Positions 23,051 to 29,201 of a stretch of DNA of 62,754 nt are shown one piece after another. The position numbers and the translations under genes were made by a program. The stretch is from IMG/VR virus record IMGVR_UViG_3300025324_000001, positions 1 to 62,754 of that record; one strand, 5' to 3'. Under the pieces are notes generated by a model that was not told where the DNA came from, searched no databases, and worked only from the letters and a program-made list of their open reading frames with translations. Every line of letters starts with the position of its first letter. The first letter of the stretch is position 1. Source of the DNA: a virus.

Positions 23051-23148
23051 GCCTTTCTCCCATTCTCATCTTGAGAGGCCGTGGCCCGCTCGTTAGGCTC
23101 TTCCGTCCTGCCAACCTGCCCCGCCACGTTCGGTTGGTTGTCGCTCAT
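23047..23148 (-). CDS. Possible 33-aa hydrophilic protein, translationally coupled at both ends
   Basis: Translation: MSDNQPNVAGQVGRTEEPNERATASQDENGRKA. Its ATG overlaps the upstream stop (ATGA) and its TGA overlaps the next ATG. Confidence 0.4.
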   Translation of the reverse strand: MSDNQPNVAGQVGRTEEPNERATASQDENGRKA

Positions 23149-23426
23149 GGCTTGCGCTCCTTGCTAATCGTCATTGCAAGCTCTCCCTGAGTAATCCAAT
23201 CGCGCACCATTTTGACATGTTTGTCATCAGCTCCAGTCCCACGATACATCCCGGCAGGACAATCGCATTTGCCTCTGTTACGGGAGGGATCCCAGATGAC
23301 AGAATACACCGCGAGAGGCTGCTCACCTCCAGTCATAGAGTTGAACTTCGCCACCGCAAAAGTGATCTCACCTGTACGACGGATGTAGTACTCAGTGCTA
23401 ATACTAACGCTGGTACTCTTTGCCAT
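23145..23426 (-). CDS. Hypothetical protein (93 aa)
   Basis: Start refined to MAKSTSVS. Contains a CDCP motif. Confidence 0.45.
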   Translation of the reverse strand: MAKSTSVSISTEYYIRRTGEITFAVAKFNSMTGGEQPLAVYSVIWDPSRNRGKCDCPAGMYRGTGADDKHVKMVRDWITQGELAMTISKERKP

Positions 23427-23868
23427 TGCTAGTGCCTTCCAGAATGTGATAGGCTCCACGCTCGAACTCGACGTCACCGTTTGGCCAGACAATAGCGAGC
23501 GGCCTTTGAACGTTACGAGCGTACCTGATAGTAGCCCACGTACCTGATCGGAGCTCTTCGCTAAGGCTCCTCGGACAGGCTATCACTATCTCAGACTCGT
23601 CAACGATGCTACGGTTGCGAGCGAGATATTCCTGAGGTTCGCGGAATTCATGCGCATTGACGAAAGCGCGCTTACTCCTCTTAACAGGAGGATGGCATAC
23701 TATCTTATAGCAGAAGCCCCATGCAAGTTGAGCTACTTCTGCGTCTGCTCCTACACAGTCGCCATGATGGAGCTCACTCCCACTAGAAGGAGTAACAAGC
23801 AGTTCACGCAGCCTTTTAACCTGCAGCTGAGTCAAACCTTTTTGAGTTCCGGTAAAGCCGATCTTCAT
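23404..23868 (-). CDS. SLOG-superfamily Rossmann protein (DUF2493 / DprA-LOG-like), putative
   Basis: Start refined to MKIGFTGTQKGLT (ATGA overlap). The GFTGTQ...HHGDCVGAD pattern is typical of DUF2493. Confidence 0.5.
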   Translation of the reverse strand: MKIGFTGTQKGLTQLQVKRLRELLVTPSSGSELHHGDCVGADAEVAQLAWGFCYKIVCHPPVKRSKRAFVNAHEFREPQEYLARNRSIVDESEIVIACPRSLSEELRSGTWATIRYARNVQRPLAIVWPNGDVEFERGAYHILEGTSNGKEYQR

Positions 23869-24527
23869 TGACTCTTGACTCCCACACGCTGGACAGCTTC
23901 CGCAGATCCGCGCCAATACGTGTCGCCCGTTCTCATGTTAGCAACGGCACATCTTCCAGTACGGCTATCGTTGTAGAAGACTTCGCCGTAGTCAGCAAGG
24001 ACATAGCCTGCCAATCGAACTTTGGTAGCTATGTCTCCGAACAAACGAAGCTTCATGTGTATATCCTGGTTTTCGAACAACCGCACCCGAAACTTCTCGC
24101 CGGCTTTCAGAAGCCGAAGAGCCACTGGACGATACCAATCGAGGTTGTTAGACACTTCTCCTTGAGTCGAGGCAGTTTTTCCGGCACCACTAGAGACTGA
24201 GCCGAAAGCCTTGGCCCACAGCTCGTCGCTGATAAACCAGTCACTTGGCTGATCTGGACTCGATTTGCATGTGAACAGAGGCCCACAGCTGATATCGCCG
24301 TCACGAAGAGGCATTGAGCCAGCGTATCTCCGCCAGCGAAGTCCTCGGTTTATCGCCTCCGTGCGAAGCCAGAAGTAATCTTCCGTCCGCTGATCCTGAT
24401 TCGGTACTCGAGCCCACGGAGGGGTCCTCTCGATCCAGTTCAGGATATTGCAGAGGTGTTCGCTGGTAAGCTGGCAAATTGGAATCTGCCGACCGTTTGT
24501 CGTTTTCCAGATCCGGGAAGTACTCAT
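23865..24527 (-). CDS. Hypothetical protein (220 aa)
   Basis: First gene downstream of promoter P1. RBS ctggaggcgtATG. Confidence 0.55.
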   Translation of the reverse strand: MSTSRIWKTTNGRQIPICQLTSEHLCNILNWIERTPPWARVPNQDQRTEDYFWLRTEAINRGLRWRRYAGSMPLRDGDISCGPLFTCKSSPDQPSDWFISDELWAKAFGSVSSGAGKTASTQGEVSNNLDWYRPVALRLLKAGEKFRVRLFENQDIHMKLRLFGDIATKVRLAGYVLADYGEVFYNDSRTGRCAVANMRTGDTYWRGSAEAVQRVGVKSQ

Positions 24528-24559
24528 ACGCCTCCAGTAGATTACTCGCTATTACCACC

Positions 24560-24589
24560 ATTATATATGACCACAGCTAAAGGTAGCAA
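24560..24589 (-). promoter_or_regulatory. Sigma70-like promoter P1 (TTGCTA-18-TATAAT)
   Basis: Minus strand reads accatcataagccacTTGCTAcctttagctgtggtcataTATAATggtg. Near-duplicate of P2. Confidence 0.6.
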
Positions 24590-24594
24590 GTGGC

Positions 24595-24879
24595 TTATGA
24601 TGGTTTCTCCGGTTTTGAGATCGGATTAATTCTTACAGGCCCAGAAACATACTTTGCCATCTCCGTTCCTAGAGCACTGACGTCGCGCATATCCATGTCA
24701 AGCAACTGTTCGTATGTGATCGGAGCATCGTCGATGACGACCGCTCGAGTGATCATTACGAACATCAAGTCTTTGTCCCCTATAGGCTCTTTCATCATAA
24801 GGTAGTCTCTACCAGTAAGAGACCTTACCTTCGCAAAAGCTCCTGAGGGGAGTATAACCTCCCGATATTCAGTAGTCAC
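24595..24879 (-). CDS. Hypothetical protein (94 aa)
   Basis: Start refined to GTG after ctaggaggggta. Confidence 0.5.
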   Translation of the reverse strand: MTTEYREVILPSGAFAKVRSLTGRDYLMMKEPIGDKDLMFVMITRAVVIDDAPITYEQLLDMDMRDVSALGTEMAKYVSGPVRINPISKPEKPS

Positions 24880-24887
24880 TACCCCTC

Positions 24888-25622
24888 CTAGCTTAGATGC
24901 TTGCTCTGGTACTCTTGATCGAACAGCTTGTATGTTCTGGGAAAGTGCTGGGCAACAAGAACGCCTACAGCACAAGCAAACATACGGATCTCCAGCTGAG
25001 CTCCGGGGTCCATCCGTAGGGTCAGAAACGCGAGCCAGTTACGGAGACACGCTGACGCGCGCATTCTGCTGTAGCGTCCGACAGCAAGCGTAATTCGAGA
25101 GACTTCCTTTGGGACCCCCATCTCTAGACCATCCGCGTAGAGCTCCTGAATCATCCCATACATATGCTTCAAGCGAGCGCACCAAGTCTCCACCTCCGAG
25201 AGACTCGGCACTTTCAGAACCGCGCCTCGAGCCTGTTTGTTCTTTGTACTTGCAGCAGAGACAGCTCTCTCGTGAATATGCTCAGGTAACGGCAAGTAGT
25301 CGAGCTCAGGCAAAGGAGCATAGCGCGCCGACATCTCGTTGTAGCTCTGAGTCCGATGGCGATGCCATTCCCGGAAAACAAAGATTGGTGCCTGGACTTC
25401 GATTACCATCCCAGCGAACTCAAACGGGGTAGCATGTTTGGGATCGTTACAGTACAAGAAGCGGAGTAGCTTCTCATCGAGCTCCCACCCCCGAAACGAT
25501 CCCTGCGTCGACTGCCGGGCTGCCTCGATGATTCCTGCTTCGGGCTCGCCAGCATCGCCTTTCCCCCAGACCTCGACTAGGCGAACAAACCCGTGATCTA
25601 GGACGTTGATCTTAGCTTCCAT
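24888..25622 (-). CDS. thyX: FAD-dependent thymidylate synthase ThyX
   Basis: ThyX signature RHRTQSYNEMSARY. Start refined to MEAKINVLDHGF with RBS aggaggcaactATG. Confidence 0.85.
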   Translation of the reverse strand: MEAKINVLDHGFVRLVEVWGKGDAGEPEAGIIEAARQSTQGSFRGWELDEKLLRFLYCNDPKHATPFEFAGMVIEVQAPIFVFREWHRHRTQSYNEMSARYAPLPELDYLPLPEHIHERAVSAASTKNKQARGAVLKVPSLSEVETWCARLKHMYGMIQELYADGLEMGVPKEVSRITLAVGRYSRMRASACLRNWLAFLTLRMDPGAQLEIRMFACAVGVLVAQHFPRTYKLFDQEYQSKHLS

Positions 25623-25635
25623 AGTTGCCTCCTGC

Positions 25636-26274
25636 TCAGTTGTTCGGAATTTGCAAGTAGCGGATGCCTTTGCCAGCATCTTCGGCATACTGGATCTCGG
25701 AGTGAGTCGAGTCACCGACGTAGCCGTCAACATTTAGGACAAAGATCTCATCCGAGAGGTCTATCTTACGCTTATGCAGTTCGTCGAGCAGAGCCTTCTG
25801 CTCATTGTTGAGAGAAGGCCTCGTGACACCAGCTTCAGCGTGGTGCCAGAATCCTACGGTAAGTACGATGTTGCCCTTCATCGTCTCATCGTACTGAGCT
25901 TGGAGGAACTCCTCCTTGAATCTGGTCGAACCACATAGGCAAACGACCTTCGGAGGCAGTAAATCATTTAGAGCCCCCAGTTGGTCGATAGTCATCATTG
26001 CGAGTGCCGTAACGTCCCCCGCCTCGTAGAGACATTCCAGCATGTTCTCCAGAGTAACTTTATCCTCGGCGTTATTGGCAGCCTTCTGGAGCTCCCTGGC
26101 TTCTTCCGCAAGCTTCTCGTCCAGGAAACTGCCAGGGACTTTGTGCCAATCTCTCTGGCCTGAGGAGTCGAAGCCTCTCTCTGGCCACTTCAGCGCCTTA
26201 TAGCGGTTCTTGTGGATCTTTTGGCAAGCCGCAATCGCTACGGCTCGGAGCTTCTGCATAACTGGTATTGACAT
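25636..26274 (-). CDS. Two-domain protein: MazG-like all-alpha NTP pyrophosphohydrolase plus nucleoside 2-deoxyribosyltransferase-like Rossmann domain (putative)
   Basis: The N-terminal half has LAEEARELQKA...LYEAGDVTALAMM. The C-terminal half has VVCLCGSTRFKEEF...LDELHKRKIDLSDEIFVLN. Confidence 0.45.
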   Translation of the reverse strand: MSIPVMQKLRAVAIAACQKIHKNRYKALKWPERGFDSSGQRDWHKVPGSFLDEKLAEEARELQKAANNAEDKVTLENMLECLYEAGDVTALAMMTIDQLGALNDLLPPKVVCLCGSTRFKEEFLQAQYDETMKGNIVLTVGFWHHAEAGVTRPSLNNEQKALLDELHKRKIDLSDEIFVLNVDGYVGDSTHSEIQYAEDAGKGIRYLQIPNN

Positions 26275-26292
26275 GCCGCCTCCTTGACTGAA

Positions 26293-26673
26293 CTACCGCT
26301 TCACATCGTAGGGTCTACGTCCAGAACCTTCGTACCGAGCGTGGCGAGTTTGTTTCTCGACCTTCCGCTTCTGCCGATACTCCGAGCTGGACAGTGAACT
26401 CCGCTGGACGATTTCCGGCTCTTCTCTTGCTAGTTGCCACCATTTTCCTTGGATACCGCAGAGGGCTTTAGTTCCCCGTACGATCGAGATAGAACGAGGG
26501 TAGACGCCATCAAAGCGCTTGACAAGAGCTCCAGGCGAACAGCAGTACAAGCGAACTTCAGAACCGAGCTTGAGCTCCTGAGGAGTTGGAATAAGAGTCC
26601 AGCTCCAGTCACATTTGGAGCAAGACCTGTCTTGGCGGGGTAGAGCCGCAACCAGCGGGGGAACCTTGTCCAT
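26293..26673 (-). CDS. Hypothetical protein (126 aa)
   Basis: Start refined to MDKVPPLV, 1 nt after the upstream stop. Confidence 0.45.
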   Translation of the reverse strand: MDKVPPLVAALPRQDRSCSKCDWSWTLIPTPQELKLGSEVRLYCCSPGALVKRFDGVYPRSISIVRGTKALCGIQGKWWQLAREEPEIVQRSSLSSSEYRQKRKVEKQTRHARYEGSGRRPYDVKR

Positions 26674-26674
26674 C

Positions 26675-27100
26675 TTATCCTGCTGCGCCAGGAGTCTGAG
26701 CGATTGGAACGATCTTGAGCTGCAAAACTTCCGTTGTCTTGCAGTGCTCGCCGTACCACTTGTCGCCCATATCGCGCTTGACGGAGTCGCGGTCGATATC
26801 CGAGCGTACCATCTTGACATAGTGTGCTTCGAACTTTCTGCCAAGAGTAACAGTCTCGGTGCCTGGATCGGCAGGAACAGGAAGTGTCTGCTTCAGCACT
26901 CCCTTCGCAGCTTCGTGCCACTTCCCCAGCACTTTGAGCTGGGAATCGACTTGAGCTGCAAGATCGATCAAGTCGCCTCGATCCATATCGGAAAATTTCC
27001 AACCAAGGACCTCGAGCGACGACTTGACTTGAACTGTTGAGGGATCGATGCCGGGCGCACAGACTACAAACAACTGGACTGCTGAAGTGGGCTTGTTCAC
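26675..27100 (-). CDS. Hypothetical protein (141 aa)
   Basis: Start refined to GTG after gaaaggagaccttt. First gene downstream of P3. Confidence 0.5.
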   Translation of the reverse strand: MNKPTSAVQLFVVCAPGIDPSTVQVKSSLEVLGWKFSDMDRGDLIDLAAQVDSQLKVLGKWHEAAKGVLKQTLPVPADPGTETVTLGRKFEAHYVKMVRSDIDRDSVKRDMGDKWYGEHCKTTEVLQLKIVPIAQTPGAAG

Positions 27101-27128
27101 AAAGGTCTCCTTTCTCAAGCCTGATACA

Positions 27129-27176
27129 ATTATACAGAACCACAATAGGTGGTCACAAGAGGTCTTTGATGGTCTC
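27129..27176 (-). promoter_or_regulatory. Sigma70-like promoter P3 (TTGTGA-18-TATAAT) with upstream GAGACCATCAAA box
   Basis: Minus strand reads GAGACCATCAAAgacctcTTGTGAccacctattgtggttctgTATAATtgt. Confidence 0.6.
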
Positions 27177-27708
27177 ACGTCCTCTTGATCGAAACTGACT
27201 TTGGCCTTCCAGGAGCGCCTCCGTGGCCATTTGCGCAACTGACTCCAGAAGGGGTATCGAACTGAATGCCACCACAGACGGAGCACTCAGTCTCTAGCAG
27301 ATTAAATCCCCGCCTCTCTAAGTCCCGGTCATAAGCCTCACGCTCCGAGACAGTAATCTGATACACTGAATCGTCCCAGTCAGGCTCTGCTGGCTCGTTC
27401 CAGAGAGGCTTCGCTCCGCTTCCAGATGGCCACATGACCCTAGTAGGATTCTCAATCTCGTACTTTCTGCAGATCATACCTACTAGAGCGCTTAGCGCTC
27501 GCCCGAAACCCTCGGGAAGTTCGACTAATATCGGGAACTCGATCTCAATCCGCCTGATTTTGCTCATATCACCTCGCTGACGTCTTGCTGGGATCGACCA
27601 GAGGGAGCTCCGGCCATACAAGCCTATACATTTGGCTACCTCGCGTAATGTACACGAGAGGCAACTCTTCGATTCTCCCCACTGTACCAAGATGGAGTTC
27701 GTCTCCAC
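27175..27708 (-). CDS. Hypothetical protein (177 aa; alternative start at 27567)
   Basis: GTG start 12 nt after gggaggagg. An internal ATG (MSKIRRIEIEF) with RBS gcgaggtgat is also possible. C-terminal CSVCGG...C..H. Confidence 0.45.
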   Translation of the reverse strand: METNSILVQWGESKSCLSCTLREVAKCIGLYGRSSLWSIPARRQRGDMSKIRRIEIEFPILVELPEGFGRALSALVGMICRKYEIENPTRVMWPSGSGAKPLWNEPAEPDWDDSVYQITVSEREAYDRDLERRGFNLLETECSVCGGIQFDTPSGVSCANGHGGAPGRPKSVSIKRT

Positions 27709-27738
27709 GGCAACAAGTAACCTCCTCCCAACAAGAGT

Positions 27739-28692
27739 TCACATATCCTCCCGTGAACGGAGGCCTACGAAGATTGGTTGCCGCGGCTTATCTTTCGTGC
27801 CGTACGGCTTGTACTTGTACTTAGCCAGCGACCCTTTGTACTGCGTGTCGAAGTTCTCGAGGGCGTGCTTACGGAACGTATGATCCATTTGTCCTGAGAG
27901 ACTGAAAGACTCTGCAAACTTAGGATCCTTGACAATAAAGTTGCCGAGCATTCCGGACGGACGCAGATTAGCCTGATGCGTGGACCTCCTCGTGAGGCCA
28001 CGCGCGTCGATCTCTGCTGGATTGTCATTGTGCATCATCTCCTCGAAGCCGATAATCTCGGCCTCGCTGGTGAGCCAACGTGCAAACTTCATCAGGTAAC
28101 CCTGATTAAAAGTCGAGCGGCCATACTTGTAGGGAGCGTTCGGGCGTCTTAGCACAAGACCTTCATACCCGAGATCGAGAGCCTGACGCTCGTACTCGAG
28201 GATCTCTTCCACTGTCCGAACAAAACGCTGTTCGAGAAGCCTCACTCCCTTGGATAGGTATCTTGGATCAGATACCTCTTCTGCAAGTTTCTCAAGCCGA
28301 GTGCAATAGTCGAACTCGTCGTATACGCAGTCGAATACGTGGAAGTCAAGAGGCTCCTCGGAGCCGTGCGTCATTACAGCGGAATAGGTTGCGCTGTAGA
28401 CAGTATTGTCTGCTGGAACCTTTCGGGCGATCAGCTCACCGTCGTAGCCCTCTGTAAAGCGTTGAGCGAACTGTTGAGCGAACTTGGATGGAATTGGTTT
28501 CAACGTGCGCGAGACGAGAACTCCCTCTCGGGCTATAGCTCGAATGCCGTCGAGCTTATATGAGGCGTAGAGAGGTAGATGAGGTTGGAAGACTCTCATC
28601 CGGATGAGCAGTTCTTCGCGAGAGGTATTCTCGATCATCTGGAGTTGCTCCGGCGTTTCAGCTGCGAGCAACGGTCTAAAGGGCTTGTTCAT
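27739..28692 (-). CDS. lig: ATP-dependent DNA ligase
   Basis: Adenylation motif SYKLDGIRAI. 317 aa. Start refined to MNKPFRP with RBS ggaggctgtATG. Confidence 0.8.
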   Translation of the reverse strand: MNKPFRPLLAAETPEQLQMIENTSREELLIRMRVFQPHLPLYASYKLDGIRAIAREGVLVSRTLKPIPSKFAQQFAQRFTEGYDGELIARKVPADNTVYSATYSAVMTHGSEEPLDFHVFDCVYDEFDYCTRLEKLAEEVSDPRYLSKGVRLLEQRFVRTVEEILEYERQALDLGYEGLVLRRPNAPYKYGRSTFNQGYLMKFARWLTSEAEIIGFEEMMHNDNPAEIDARGLTRRSTHQANLRPSGMLGNFIVKDPKFAESFSLSGQMDHTFRKHALENFDTQYKGSLAKYKYKPYGTKDKPRQPIFVGLRSREDM

Positions 28693-28896
28693 ACAGCCTC
28701 CGAATCCGAATCGTTCGCAGCGGGGAGATCCTTCCTCATCGAGCTCCACAGTATAGCCTCGAAAGGTGGTGCCCCGATCGTGAATGCAAGGACTCCTAGC
28801 TCGCGATTCAGCTCGAATACAGGTCTGACTTGATCGAGGAGAGTAGGCTCTTCTCTGTTACTCACGTTGTCTCCAGCTTATTTGCAGCATATCACC

Positions 28897-28926
28897 ATTA
28901 TATATGACCACCAAATACGGTAGCAA
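28897..28926 (-). promoter_or_regulatory. Sigma70-like promoter P2 (TTGCTA-18-TATAAT)
   Basis: Minus strand reads accatcataagccacTTGCTAccgtatttggtggtcataTATAATggtg. Confidence 0.6.
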
Positions 28927-28951
28927 GTGGCTTATGATGGTGATATCAGCA

Positions 28952-29185
28952 CTAACCGATCATCTCCTGCGGTTCTTCCTGACGACGAACGATATCCTGA
29001 AGGAGCGAGAGAGCTCTTCTCCCCAACAGCCTTCCCGTATGGTACTTAAGAGCACCCTCCCTCACTTCGCGGAGTATCTTGATTGCTCGCTCAACTGACA
29101 TCCTATTGCGGACTGCTTCCCGATGGTTATGCCAGCACTTGCACACCAAGAAGTATTGCGTCGCCAACTGCTCGAGTTTTTCCAC
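28952..29185 (-). CDS. Hypothetical protein (77 aa)
   Basis: ORF downstream of polA. Confidence 0.5.
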   Translation of the reverse strand: MEKLEQLATQYFLVCKCWHNHREAVRNRMSVERAIKILREVREGALKYHTGRLLGRRALSLLQDIVRRQEEPQEMIG

Positions 29186-29201
29186 CTTTTGCCCTTTCCT
29201 G

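Noticed and set aside
24595-24879. The 94-aa protein (REVILPSGAFAKVRSLTGRDYLMM...ITYEQLLDMDMRDVSAL) looked like a tail-assembly-chaperone-type sequence misplaced in the nucleotide-metabolism operon.
   Set aside because: The resemblance is only a vague pattern memory. A bona fide G/GT chaperone pair exists at 60677..61191, so I left it as hypothetical.
26293-27286. Three mutually overlapping long minus-strand ORFs (26293..26844, 26430..27143, 26675..27286).
   Set aside because: They resolve into two consecutive genes (26675..27100 and 26293..26673) using promoter P3, the RBS-supported GTG/ATG starts and a stop-start junction. ORF 26430..27143 is Arg/Ser-rich and has no start context.
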